Source: Thermoanaerobaculia bacterium
Lineage (GTDB): Bacteria; Acidobacteriota; Thermoanaerobaculia; UBA5066
NCBI GenBank assembly: GCA_963816185.1
Contig: CAWFJJ010000021.1
Coordinates: 32,001 to 96,000 of the forward strand
Reading direction: 5' to 3'
Length of the DNA: 64,000 nt
Part shown: in pieces, positions 39,225 to 49,404 of the stretch
Numbering within the stretch: the stretch's first letter is position 1
Layout of the letters: each line of letters begins with the position of its first letter
Program-made: the position numbers and the translations under genes
The notes under the pieces: model-generated
The model's input: the letters and a program-made list of their open reading frames with translations, nothing else
Told to the model about the DNA's origin: nothing
Databases searched by the model: none

Positions 39225-41708
39225 ATGCGCATCTGGCTCTCTCTTTCCTTTCTAAGCAAACTCTCTTTCTTTCTTCTTCTTTCTTTTCCCCTTACCGCCG
39301 CCGACCGCATCATCCCGTCGCGCCTGCCGTCCGGCGAGATCCAGCTTCCGAACGGCCGCCTGCTGACCCCCACGGGCACGCAGACGGAGGTTTCGCCGTA
39401 CCCGTTCGCGCTCACGCTCACCCCGGACGGAACCCGGCTCCTCGTCGCGTGCACGGGAGCGGACGACCAGTCTCTTCACCTTCTGAATGCCGCCTCAGGG
39501 AAGCCTCTTTTCAAGCAGCCGCTCCCGCACTCATGGCTCGGCCTCGCGCTGTCGCCGGACGGGGCGCGGGTCTACGTCGCGGGTGCCAAAGAGAGGAACG
39601 TCCTCGTCTATCGCCTCGAGCGGGATCGTTTCGTCGCGGAGGACCCGATCTCGCTGAAACGAGGCGACGACCGGCCGAATCTCGACGCGACGCCGGGAGG
39701 CCTTGCGCTCTCGCCGGACGGCACCGCGCTCTGGGTCGCGCGCATTCTCGCGGATGACGTCGTGAAGATCGATCTCGCGACGAAGAAGGTCGTCGCCATG
39801 GTTCCTGCGGGCGCCCATCCCTATCGGCCGGTCTTCTCTTCGGACGGGAAGATCCTCGCCCTCGCGGCTTGGGGCGGGGCGGCCGTGACCCTCATCGATC
39901 CGGTGAAGGCGATCGGGGCGGGCTCGGTGAAGACGGCGGATCACCCCGGGGATCTCGCCTTTTCGCCCGACTCGAAGACTCTTTTTGTCGCCGAGGCGAA
40001 CCGGAACCTCGTCGCGGCCGTGGACGTCGCATCACGGTCCGTCGTCCGGCAGATCTCCGTCGCGTTCGGGCCGGACGGCCCGGGGACGCCCTCGGCCGAG
40101 TCGATGCCCGACGGCTCGACGCCGAATGCGCTTGCCCTTGCGCGCGACGGGAAGACCCTCTTCGTCGCGAACGCGGACGACGACGCGGTCGCGGTCGTGG
40201 ATCTTTCCCCCGGCCCCGCTCGGGCACGCGCAAAGGGCTTCATTCCTTCAGGCTGGTATCCCGACGCGCTGGCCCTGTCGCGCGACGGGAAGACGCTGTG
40301 GGTCGCGAACGCCAAGGGCGGCGGCTCGTGGGAGAACTCGAAGGGCGGACCAAATCCGACGAAACCGAAGAACGGCAAACCGACGCGCCTCACGCGGATG
40401 ATCCCAGGGACCGTCTCCCGCATTTCGGTTCCTCCCGCGGGAGAGCTCGCGGCGCTCACGACCCGGGCGTACGCGAACCGCCGGCCCGCGGCGCGTGGAG
40501 CGTTGCGGGCGCGTGCGTCGGCCGTCGTGCCGGCCGCGTCCGGCGGCGCCTCGCCGATCAAGCACGTCGTCTACGTCATCCGCGAGAACCGCACGTACGA
40601 CCAGGTTCTCGGCGACCTCCCGAAAGGCAACGGCGATCCGTCGCTCGTCCTCTTCGGGCGCGACGTCACGCCGAACGCGCACGCGCTCGCCGAGGAATAC
40701 GTCACGCTGGACAACTTCTACTGCGACGCCGAGGTCTCCGCGGACGGCCACAACTGGTCGATGGGCGCGTACGCGACGGACTTCGTGGAGAAGGTCTGGC
40801 CTCCGAACTACGGCCACCACGGCTTCAGCTATCTCTTCGAGGGAAACGATCCCGCGGCGTATCCGACGAACGGCTACCTCTGGGACGCGGCGGCGCGCGC
40901 CGGACTCTCGTTGCGCAATTACGGGGAGTTCACGGGCATTGCGTCCGAGACGAACGTGCCTCAGGAGCTGGGGCTCACGCACGGGCAGGAGGGCGCGCTC
41001 AGGAGCAACACGAGTCCTTACTACCCGGGGTTCGACACGGAGGTCCTCGACAACGCGCGCGTCGACATCTGGCTGAAGGAGTTCGCGCTCTTCGTGAAGA
41101 AGAAGGAGATGCCGCGCCTCATGATCGTGCGGCTCGGCAACGACCATACGGTGGGAACGAAGAGAGGCGGGAAGACGCCGCGCGCGATGGTGGCCGAGAA
41201 CGACGTCGCCCTCGGCCGGCTCGTCGAGGCGCTCTCGCACTCGCCCTTCTGGAGCGAGACGGCGGTCTTCGTCGTCGAGGACGACGCCCAGAACGGCTCC
41301 GACCACGTGGACGCGCATCGCACGGTCGCTCTCGCCGTTTCGCCGTACACGCGGCGCGGGGCGGTGGACTCGACGATGTATTCCACGACGTCCATGCTCC
41401 GCACGATGGAGCTCATCCTCGGGCTCAAGCCCATGTCGCAGCACGACGCGGGCGCGACGCCGATGTCGGCCGCGTTCACGGACGTGCCGAACGCGGCGCC
41501 CTTCGTCCATCGCGACACGGCGATCCCGTTCTACGAGATGAATCCTCCGGGCGCGCCGATGCAGGCGCTCGTGGACACGTGGGACTTCTCGAAAGAAGAC
41601 GCCGCCCCCGACGTGCCGTTCAACGAAGCGATCTGGAGGAGCGTCAAGGGCGCGAATTCCGCGATGCCTCCCCCGGTCAACGCCGCGTTCGTGCGAAGCC
41701 GTCCCTGA
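39225..41708 (+). CDS. YncE-like beta-propeller / phosphoesterase (alkaline phosphatase superfamily) fusion
   Basis: Signal peptide, SPDG repeats, IKHVVYVIRENRTYDQ, SADGHNW, NDHT, EDDAQNG.DHVD. Confidence 0.9.
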   Translation: MRIWLSLSFLSKLSFFLLLSFPLTAADRIIPSRLPSGEIQLPNGRLLTPTGTQTEVSPYPFALTLTPDGTRLLVACTGADDQSLHLLNAASGKPLFKQPLPHSWLGLALSPDGARVYVAGAKERNVLVYRLERDRFVAEDPISLKRGDDRPNLDATPGGLALSPDGTALWVARILADDVVKIDLATKKVVAMVPAGAHPYRPVFSSDGKILALAAWGGAAVTLIDPVKAIGAGSVKTADHPGDLAFSPDSKTLFVAEANRNLVAAVDVASRSVVRQISVAFGPDGPGTPSAESMPDGSTPNALALARDGKTLFVANADDDAVAVVDLSPGPARARAKGFIPSGWYPDALALSRDGKTLWVANAKGGGSWENSKGGPNPTKPKNGKPTRLTRMIPGTVSRISVPPAGELAALTTRAYANRRPAARGALRARASAVVPAASGGASPIKHVVYVIRENRTYDQVLGDLPKGNGDPSLVLFGRDVTPNAHALAEEYVTLDNFYCDAEVSADGHNWSMGAYATDFVEKVWPPNYGHHGFSYLFEGNDPAAYPTNGYLWDAAARAGLSLRNYGEFTGIASETNVPQELGLTHGQEGALRSNTSPYYPGFDTEVLDNARVDIWLKEFALFVKKKEMPRLMIVRLGNDHTVGTKRGGKTPRAMVAENDVALGRLVEALSHSPFWSETAVFVVEDDAQNGSDHVDAHRTVALAVSPYTRRGAVDSTMYSTTSMLRTMELILGLKPMSQHDAGATPMSAAFTDVPNAAPFVHRDTAIPFYEMNPPGAPMQALVDTWDFSKEDAAPDVPFNEAIWRSVKGANSAMPPPVNAAFVRSRP

Positions 41709-41709
41709 A

Positions 41710-41786
41710 GCTAGCGCGCCGCGGGCTCCGCCCGCGACCGAAGAAGGGCGCGCTAGCATCTGTCATTTCGCAGGGAGTTTCCCTGC
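41710..41786. repeat. Nested intergenic palindrome plus small hairpin between convergent genes (terminator/REP-like)
   Basis: GCTAGCGCGCC/GGCGCGCTAGC arms enclosing CGCGGG-CTCCG-CCCGCG; GCAGGGA-GTT-TCCCTGC at 41770-41786. Confidence 0.6.
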
Positions 41787-41831
41787 ACTCTTCCTCGCGC
41801 CGGAGACCCGTGCTATTTCTCAGACGGGAGT

Positions 41832-42485
41832 CTAGGTCTCCACTTCGCGGTGCCGGTCGATCCAGACCGCCCAGGGAATCAGAAGAGCGAGCGCGAGGCC
41901 CATCCAGGCGACCGTCGCGATGTCGGGCGGCGGCGGCCCGAACGCCGCGCCCGCATAGGCGACCAGGAGGAACGCGACGATCGCGGCGAGGGCCCAGCGG
42001 CCGACCGCGTCCTTCGGGCGGGTCATGCGTACGTAGATCCAGACGCCGAGAGCGAAGAGCGACACCTCGACGGCGAGTGTCGCGGCCCGCGAGTTCCAGA
42101 GGCCCATGCCGATGAAGACCGTCCCGCCGGGCGTCAGCGGGAGGTCCGGACGGTGGACGACCGCGTCGCAGATCCAGTGGCTCACGACCCCGAGGGCCAC
42201 GACGGCTCCCGCGGCGGCGCTGCGCAGGGCGAGGTGCACGAAGAAGCCGAAGATCGCGCCCCAGAGAATGGCCGTCAGGAGGCTGTGGGACCAGGGATAG
42301 CTGTCGAACGCGATCGGCGTGAACACCGTGTTCCCGGGATCGATGCGGGCGCTCTCGACGCCCGTCAGCACGAAGACCGGCCAGAGAAGGTCCAGGAGGA
42401 ACGGCGCGGCGAGGAGGACGCCGAGCGAAACGCGGGGAGCGACCGCCTTCGACGCGAATCCGACCGCGGCATGTCCGATGAACAT
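41832..42485 (-). CDS. Membrane metal-dependent hydrolase-like protein
   Basis: MFIGH, DLLWP, YPWSHSL, SHW..D..VHRPDL. Confidence 0.85.
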   Translation of the reverse strand: MFIGHAAVGFASKAVAPRVSLGVLLAAPFLLDLLWPVFVLTGVESARIDPGNTVFTPIAFDSYPWSHSLLTAILWGAIFGFFVHLALRSAAAGAVVALGVVSHWICDAVVHRPDLPLTPGGTVFIGMGLWNSRAATLAVEVSLFALGVWIYVRMTRPKDAVGRWALAAIVAFLLVAYAGAAFGPPPPDIATVAWMGLALALLIPWAVWIDRHREVET

Positions 42486-42505
42486 GTCGGCTCCTTTCCT
42501 CGCGC

Positions 42506-44167
42506 TCAGGCGAGGAGCTTTTTCACGAGCGCTCCGGTATCCGCGGAGCCGAGGCCTGTCGTCGGATCCCAGCCTTTCGTCGCCGGATAGCCCGAGACGC
42601 CGCCGTACGAATTGTCGCCCTGCGTGATGTCGCGGAAAGGAGAAGACCCCTGGTCCGCCGCATAGAGGGACGCGTTCGCGGCGCCGAGGCGGGATCGTCC
42701 GGCCGCCGCGCGCGCGGCATTGACGTGCGCGAGGATGCCGGACCAGATCGGCGCCGCCACGCTGGTCCCTCCGGCGGCAGTCCACTTCTTTCTCACGAAG
42801 ATCGAGAGGCCGGGATCGGGCGACGCCACGGCCGCGACGTCTGGGATGCCTCGGCCGGTCACGCCGCGGCGCGTGCCGAGCGCCGCCTTCTGCCAGGCGG
42901 GAACGGCCACGAACCTCGAGAAGCCCCCGCCCGTCGCCCCGCGATTCGGGCCGTCGTTCCAGGCGCTCTCCGAAAAGGAGCTGCCTTTCGGAACGAGCTT
43001 CGTGCCCCCGACCGAAGTCACTTCCGGAACGACGCTTGGAAAATCCACGTGGCGCTGGCCGTCGAAAGCGGCGTCCTCCGGCAGGATGTCGCCCGCGCCG
43101 GCGTCGCCGGAGGCACAGACGAACGTGATGCCGAGGAGCGCGCAGGAGAGGAAGAGCTGGCGGGTCTGGTCGTACCTGCGGGACGTGGAGAAGCCGTCCT
43201 CGGGCATGCCCCACGAGATCGAGACGATCGAGGGACGGCGTGCGTCGGGCGCGTCGAGGAGCGCGTTCAGGAAATCGACCCAGCCCGTGTCCGTGTTCGG
43301 CGCCCACCACAGGTCGAGGTCCGCGCGCGGGGCGGTGCCCCGCACCCAGTCCATGTCGAGCGCGACCTCCACGTCGGCGTCGCCCGTCTTGCCCTGGAAG
43401 TCGTTCTTCGCGCCCGAGACGGAGACGTCCGTGACGTCGCCGGCGGGCAGGCCGTACTGCGTGCAGAAGGTCGCGAAGTCTTCGCTCGAGAAGCCCCCTC
43501 CGAACTCGAGGATGGCGACTCGTTCGCCGAGGCCGCCGGCCGCGGCCGGGTCGGGAAGGGAGTAGGCGGCGCGAATCTCGTCCGGTGTGAAGCCGCCGCC
43601 GGGCCCTCGCGTCTCGGCGGCACCGCGCCGCGGCACCTTCGAGCGGGGCGGGGCGAAGATCGGCGGGAAACGCCGGGCAGCCGGGAGCGTGTTGAGGCCC
43701 GCGACGCCGCGGATCACCGATGCGAGCGAGGCCGGAATGGTGGGGTCCCGCTCGGCCGCGACGGCTCGCCGCACGCGGGGAGAGAGCGCCCGCGGCAGGT
43801 CGTAAGCGCCGAGGGGGATATCGAAGGCGCGTGCGATTTTCTCTGCAGGGCCGTGGCCCTGAACCGCCGTGCGCGCTCCGGCGACCCCGTCGACCGCGAG
43901 TCCGGCATCCCTGAGAAACGCCAGCACCGCGTCGAGATCCTGATACCCGGGCGCGACGAGCGTGCGCACCTCGTCGGGGGAGAGGTGGCGCCCATAGACG
44001 GAGCTCTTCGGATCTGCGACGGCGGCTGCGGCCTCGCGCAACATGCGCATGTCCTTCGCGTGGAGGAGAACCGTGAATCGGATGTCCTCGCCGGGCGGGC
44101 ACGGCCCCGTCCGGCGGCAGAGCGGCAGGCGCCGCGAGACATGGCGGGGCAGGACGAATCGCTGCAC
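42506..44167 (-). CDS. S53 peptidase (kumamolisin/sedolisin) with prodomain
   Basis: EVALD, SISWG, ASGDAG, GGTSVAAP, GWDPTTGLGS; start inferred at GTG just after lipocalin gene. Confidence 0.9.
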   Translation of the reverse strand: MQRFVLPRHVSRRLPLCRRTGPCPPGEDIRFTVLLHAKDMRMLREAAAAVADPKSSVYGRHLSPDEVRTLVAPGYQDLDAVLAFLRDAGLAVDGVAGARTAVQGHGPAEKIARAFDIPLGAYDLPRALSPRVRRAVAAERDPTIPASLASVIRGVAGLNTLPAARRFPPIFAPPRSKVPRRGAAETRGPGGGFTPDEIRAAYSLPDPAAAGGLGERVAILEFGGGFSSEDFATFCTQYGLPAGDVTDVSVSGAKNDFQGKTGDADVEVALDMDWVRGTAPRADLDLWWAPNTDTGWVDFLNALLDAPDARRPSIVSISWGMPEDGFSTSRRYDQTRQLFLSCALLGITFVCASGDAGAGDILPEDAAFDGQRHVDFPSVVPEVTSVGGTKLVPKGSSFSESAWNDGPNRGATGGGFSRFVAVPAWQKAALGTRRGVTGRGIPDVAAVASPDPGLSIFVRKKWTAAGGTSVAAPIWSGILAHVNAARAAAGRSRLGAANASLYAADQGSSPFRDITQGDNSYGGVSGYPATKGWDPTTGLGSADTGALVKKLLA

Positions 44168-44172
44168 GTTCG

Positions 44173-44619
44173 TCAGGACCCTGTAATGGGAGCGAGCCGC
44201 TCCCACACGAGCATCACATCCATGAGGTGGCCGCTCACCTGCTGCGTCGGCGCGCTCACGATGAGCCGGTCGCCGGAGATCCGGTAGAAGCGGACTTGAT
44301 CCGTACCGACCCAGTTTGGGAAGAGGGACTGTGAGACGTGGTGCACGACGACACCGTGCGTCTCGTCCGCCACGTAAGTGCCCGCATAAGAGAGGTACCC
44401 GAAGAAGGCATCCCCGACCTCGGCCGGCGTGCCCAGCTGCTGGTCGTTCGCGGCGAACCGGGGGCGCTCTCGACGCATGATCTGGAGGGCCATGTAGCCG
44501 GTCGAGTCGTAAAGGCACAGGCCCAGGAAGTTCGTCCCGAACGGAAACACGACCTGTCCTTCGGAGCGGAATTCGAAGACGAGCAGCTTCCAGGCCCCGG
44601 CGAGCGAAGTCCCGTGCAT
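44173..44619 (-). CDS. Lipocalin-like domain protein
   Basis: LAGAWKL, YLSYAGTY, HHV..SLFPNWVGTDQ.R, LVWER. Confidence 0.82.
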   Translation of the reverse strand: MHGTSLAGAWKLLVFEFRSEGQVVFPFGTNFLGLCLYDSTGYMALQIMRRERPRFAANDQQLGTPAEVGDAFFGYLSYAGTYVADETHGVVVHHVSQSLFPNWVGTDQVRFYRISGDRLIVSAPTQQVSGHLMDVMLVWERLAPITGS

Positions 44620-44693
44620 GGCGGAAGCGATCCTAACCCGGCTGGCCCCGGGCGCGGGCGTCCGCAAAAGGTGTCCGCCCGACGGTATGCTCC

Positions 44694-45377
44694 GTGCAAG
44701 GGGGGGAATTGAGGGTCTCCTCGCCGAGGAGTGCCGGAGGAACCATCTTGAATCCTTTCCCGCGGCGGTCCGCTGCAGCCTGGCTGGCGGTGGCCGCGTT
44801 TTTTCTCTTCGGTGTCGCGAAGGTGCACGCCGACCTCGACGCGCCGAACGTGAAGAAATTGGGCCGTACCGTTGCGAGGTACAGGGACGACGTGCTCCAG
44901 GTCGTCATCGGATACAAGCACGCCCACTATCATCTCGACAGCCGCTGGATTCTGCTCGAAGCCTGCATCTCCGCCACGGGCAACGAGCCGGTGGAGATCT
45001 ATCGCGAAGACGTGGCGCTGTACGGGCCGGATGGAACGCGAATGCCGATGCCGAGCCAGAAAAAGATGGCGCACGGGATTCCCGACGTGAGCCGCATGCT
45101 GCTTCAGGCTCGCATCGTGCGCGATCCGCTCGGCGGCTATTTCCCGGGACGTATTCGAGAGGAACGGCTGGGGTTTTTCTGCGTGCCGGGCGAGGGAATC
45201 GTCTTCGATCAGGTCACCGTCGATCGCGATACGCTGGCCTGGGGCCACCTCTTCTTCGAATCTCCGAAGGGCCGCTTCGAGCCGGGAATCTACACGCTCG
45301 TCATGGAGAACAAGGTCGCCCACGTCCGGCTCCCGCTCGCGCTCGGAATCAACGGGCCGCTCGAGCGCATCAAGTAA
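44694..45377 (+). CDS. Hypothetical exported protein (likely start TTG 44748)
   Basis: Signal-like AWLAVAAFFLFGVAKVHA; GGAGG before TTG; coding-like codon use. Confidence 0.65.
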   Translation: MQGGELRVSSPRSAGGTILNPFPRRSAAAWLAVAAFFLFGVAKVHADLDAPNVKKLGRTVARYRDDVLQVVIGYKHAHYHLDSRWILLEACISATGNEPVEIYREDVALYGPDGTRMPMPSQKKMAHGIPDVSRMLLQARIVRDPLGGYFPGRIREERLGFFCVPGEGIVFDQVTVDRDTLAWGHLFFESPKGRFEPGIYTLVMENKVAHVRLPLALGINGPLERIK

Positions 45378-45419
45378 GCGGGGGAGTGTCCGCGGCCGCG
45401 GGCCGACGGTAGACTCGCC

Positions 45420-47288
45420 GTGGTGACCGTGAACGCCTTCTGGCTGCTCCTGGGCGCGCTCGGCGTCTACGCGATCTCTTATCGTTTCTACAGCGGCTTT
45501 CTCGCGCGGAAGGTCGTCGGGCTCGACGACGCGCGCCCCACGCCGGCGCACACGCTCCGCGACGGCCAGAATTTCCACCCTACGAACCGGTGGGTCCTCT
45601 GGGGACATCACTTCGCCGCGATCTCGGGAGCGGGCCCGCTCATCGGGCCGGTCCTCGCGGCGCAGTTCGGCTGGCTTCCCGGCCTCCTGTGGCTCGTCTT
45701 CGGCGTCTGCCTCGCGGGCGCCGTACAGGACTTCGTGATCCTGGGGGCTTCCCTCCGCCGGGGCGGCCGCTCGCTGGCGGAGATCGCCCGCGACGAGATC
45801 AGCCCCTTGAGCGGCATCGTCGCCATGATCGCGATCCTCTTCATCGTCGTGGTCGCGATGGCGGTCCTCGGGTTCATCGTCGTCAAGGCGCTCGCCGAAA
45901 GCGCCTGGGGCACGTTCGCGATCGCCGCGTCGATCCCGATCGCGCTCCTCATGGGGCTTTACATGTATCGGGTCCGGCCGGGCCGCGTGGGGGAAGCTTC
46001 GGCGATCGGCGTGTCGCTGCTCGTGACGTGCGTCGTCCTCGGCGGTCTCTTCGCGCCGGGCCATCCGTGGGCGGCAGCCGCGCACTTCTTCACGCTCTCG
46101 GAGACGTCCCTCACGGCCGCGATCGCCGCCTACGGCTTTCTCGCGTCGGTCCTGCCGGTGTGGATGCTCCTGTGTCCGCGCGATTACCTGTCGAGCTACA
46201 TGAAAGTCGGGACGATCGCCGTCATCGTCCTCGCCGTGTTTCTCGTGCGTCCCGAGATGAAGGCGCCCGCCGTCAGCGCGTTCGCGTCCGGCGGAGGTCC
46301 GATCGTGCCGGGCGCCCTTTTCCCGTTCGTCTTCATCACGATCGCGTGCGGCGCCATCTCGGGCTTCCACGCGCTCGTGTCCTCGGGAACGACCTCGAAG
46401 ATGCTCGACAAGGAGAGCCACGCGCGCGCCATCGGCTACGGCGCGATGCTCATGGAGAGCCTCGTGGGCGTGACCGCGCTTGTCGCCGCATCGTCGCTCT
46501 TCCCGGCGGACTACTTCCGGATCAATCTGTCGCCCCAGGCGTTCCAGGCTCTCGCCGCGAAGATGAATCTCGACGGCGGCCGCCTCTCGGAGCTGGCGGC
46601 GCTCGTGGGCGAGCCGCGCCTCGCGGGGCGTACGGGCGGCGGCGTCTCGCTTGCCGTCGGGATCGCCCAGATCTTCGGCGACCTGCCCGGCGCGAAGAGC
46701 CTCATGAGCTACTTCTACCACTTCGTCATCATGTTCGAGGCGCTCTTCGTTCTCACGACGATCGACACGGGGACGCGCATCGGCCGATTCCTCGTGCAGG
46801 AGCTCCTGGGGCGCGCCGTTCCGCGCATGGCAAAGACGGACTGGCTGCCCGGCACCGTCTTCGCGACGGCGCTCATCGTGGGCGGGTGGAGCTGGTTCAT
46901 CTTCACCGGCTCGATCCAGTCGCTCTGGCCCATGTTCGGCGTCGCGAACCAGCTCCTCGCCGTCGTGGCGCTCACGGTGGCGACGACGGTCATCGTGAAC
47001 GAGGGCCGGTCGCGCTACGCGGCGACGACCATTTTGCCGCTTGTCTTCCTCGGGACGACGACGCTCGCGGGCGGGGCGCTGTCGATTCGTGACATCTTTC
47101 TGCCTCTGGCGCGTTCCGTTGGCTCCGGCGACGCCTTCAAGGGCTGGCTCAACTCCGGACTGACGGCCCTGATGATGGCCTCTGTTCTGCTGGTTCTCGC
47201 CGATGCGATCCCGCGCTGGGCGAGGCACTGGCGGACCGGTCGTGAGGAGACGAAGGCAACGCTGGCCTCGATCCCTCGGGCGGCCTGA
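45420..47288 (+). CDS. cstA: Carbon starvation CstA-family transporter
   Basis: GHHFAAISGAGP, PRDYLS, IACGAISGFH, GYGAMLME, WPMFGVANQLL. Confidence 0.95.
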   Translation: MVTVNAFWLLLGALGVYAISYRFYSGFLARKVVGLDDARPTPAHTLRDGQNFHPTNRWVLWGHHFAAISGAGPLIGPVLAAQFGWLPGLLWLVFGVCLAGAVQDFVILGASLRRGGRSLAEIARDEISPLSGIVAMIAILFIVVVAMAVLGFIVVKALAESAWGTFAIAASIPIALLMGLYMYRVRPGRVGEASAIGVSLLVTCVVLGGLFAPGHPWAAAAHFFTLSETSLTAAIAAYGFLASVLPVWMLLCPRDYLSSYMKVGTIAVIVLAVFLVRPEMKAPAVSAFASGGGPIVPGALFPFVFITIACGAISGFHALVSSGTTSKMLDKESHARAIGYGAMLMESLVGVTALVAASSLFPADYFRINLSPQAFQALAAKMNLDGGRLSELAALVGEPRLAGRTGGGVSLAVGIAQIFGDLPGAKSLMSYFYHFVIMFEALFVLTTIDTGTRIGRFLVQELLGRAVPRMAKTDWLPGTVFATALIVGGWSWFIFTGSIQSLWPMFGVANQLLAVVALTVATTVIVNEGRSRYAATTILPLVFLGTTTLAGGALSIRDIFLPLARSVGSGDAFKGWLNSGLTALMMASVLLVLADAIPRWARHWRTGREETKATLASIPRAA

Positions 47289-47314
47289 GGGCGCGCGTCT
47301 CGCATAATCGCGGC

Positions 47315-49404
47315 ATGAGCGCCGCCGCACCGCCGCCCGCGCCGCGCGCCGCGCGCGGGGCTGCTCTCGCGGTGCTCGTCCTCCTGGTCGTGACCGTCGA
47401 CACGCGCTCGTACGGCCTCATCCCCGACGGGAAAGAGATGCTCTCGGTTGCCGCGGCCGTGACGCGCTTTCTCGAGATCGGCGTGTCGCGAGACTTCGTC
47501 AACGCTCCGCGCCGGCCGGCGGGCGACGCCGTTTCACGCTATGGCATGGGGCTGTCCCTCGCCGAGGCCGTGCCCGCGACGGCGGCGCGTGTTCTTCGCG
47601 CGTTGGCACCCTCGGTTCCCTCGGCTCCCGTCTTCGTGATGCTGCCGATCGCATGCCTCGTCGCAGCCGCATGGGCGACGGCGCGTTCCTTGATTCACCT
47701 CCGCGCATCGCCTGGGTGGGCCGCGGCCTCGGGAGCGGGCCTCGTCGTCGCGACGCCGCTCTGGGGCTACGCGGCGAGCGATTACGGCGAGCCGCTCCAG
47801 GCGCTGTGCGTCGCGCTCGCCGTCCTCGGCGTCGTCGAGCTGAGCGTGGAACCCGCGTCGCGGCGGTGGCAGATCGTCCTCGGAGTCGCCGCCGGCTTCG
47901 CGATTCTCACGAAGACGCTGCTGCTCGTCGTGGTCGCCCCGCTTCTTCTCGCAGCGATTGTTTCGCGCGCCGTGAGGTCCGAAGAGGATCTCTTAGAAGG
48001 GAAGAGAGAGAAGAGAAAGATTTCTTAGAGCGTAAGAGGGGAGACGGGAGTCGGCGTGCGAGTCCCGCAGCACGAGAGCGGCGGGCGCGGACGCGACGTG
48101 GCAAGAACGCGGCGGGCGGTCGCCTTGGGCCGCCATGGCCTTTGCTCATTTCATTCGCAGGAATTCTCCTTCTCTGGGCGTTCTTCGAATTCGTCCGCTT
48201 CGGCAAGCTTTTCGGAGGGTATGCGGGGGAGACGTTCACGTATCCCTTCTTCACGGGGCTCCTCAGGCTGACGGTCTTCCCGAACAAGGGGCTCATCTGG
48301 TACGCGCCGATCGTCCTCCTCGCGCCGTTCGGCTTTCTCGTCCTCCGCCGGCGCGACGCGCGGCTCGCGTTCGCCTGCCTTGCTTGCGCCGCCGCGCTTC
48401 TTCTCACCACGCCCGCGTGGTGGGCGTGGGACGGACAGGCGGGATGGGGGCCGCGCCTTCTCCTGCCCGCGTTGCCGCCGCTGCTCGTCTTCGCGGGTCT
48501 CGGGTGCTCGAGTTCAGCACGGCCGGGGCGCCTCGCCGGAGCGATCGCGCTCGTCCTGGGCGCCGGCGTGAATCTGCTCGGCGCCCTCGTGCCGTTTCCC
48601 GCCGTCTACGCGCTTTCGTCCGTCGTGCCGCCTCAGCCGATCTCCGAAGAGCGCGCGGCGGGCACCCAGTACGAGATCGAACGCGGACGGGATGGAATCC
48701 TCCGGGCGACGGCCCCCCATCACCTCTCGCTCACGCCGTCCTGGTCGCCGATCCGGGTTCACGCGCTGCTCCTTGCGGCGAAGCTGCGGGGCGGGGCGGC
48801 GGAGACTCTGGCGAAGGAAGGTCTCCCGGAGCTCGATCCGCCGTTCAGACCGATGTTGCCGAAGGAGCCCGCCCCCGCGCTCGTTCTCGCGCTGAGGCCC
48901 GTTCGCCTCGGGTGGGGACGCGAATTCTTCGAAAGGGAAGCGGGATCTTCGGATCCGTGGGGTGACGCGATTCGGGATCAGATCGTCCGGGCGATCGACA
49001 TGAGGAACTTCAGCCGGGCGCAGGCAATCGGGGAAGAGCTGCTCGGGAAGAAGAAGGGCCCGGATTCGGATTCTTCGAATGACCCCCTCATAGTCGCCCT
49101 GGTCGCCGAGGCGCTGCGCCTCGGTGGCGGCAGGGGCGGGGACGCCGACAGCGACGCAGGCGACTCGGGCGCTGCAGCCGCCCTCTCTTACCTTTCCAAG
49201 AAATCTCTTTCTCTTTCTTCCTCTTCCGCGATCTCCTGCCACCCCTGGGTCCTCTTCGTTCGCTCGATGGCCGCTCCTCCCGGCGATCTCTCGTGTCTGC
49301 CCGAGGGCCAACGCGGGAGCTTCGCGCGCAGCCTCGATCTCGCGCGCGTGCGCGCCTGGCCGCTCACGGCGTGGGTGCGGGCGGCCCGGACGGGGAGGCC
49401 GTAG
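47315..49404 (+). CDS. GT-C-like polytopic membrane glycosyltransferase, split by a 1-nt frameshift near 47990
   Basis: ORFs 47315..48028 and 47653..49404 join on a one-base insertion; TPLWGYA, EPL, KGLIWYAP, WGPRLLLP. Confidence 0.7.

Noticed and set aside
1619-48933. TTCTTCGAA variants (1619, 14113, ~16270, 48925) as motif copies
   Set aside because: Possibly degenerate members, but also explained by ordinary Phe-Phe-Glu or Phe-Glu-Glu codons, so not counted
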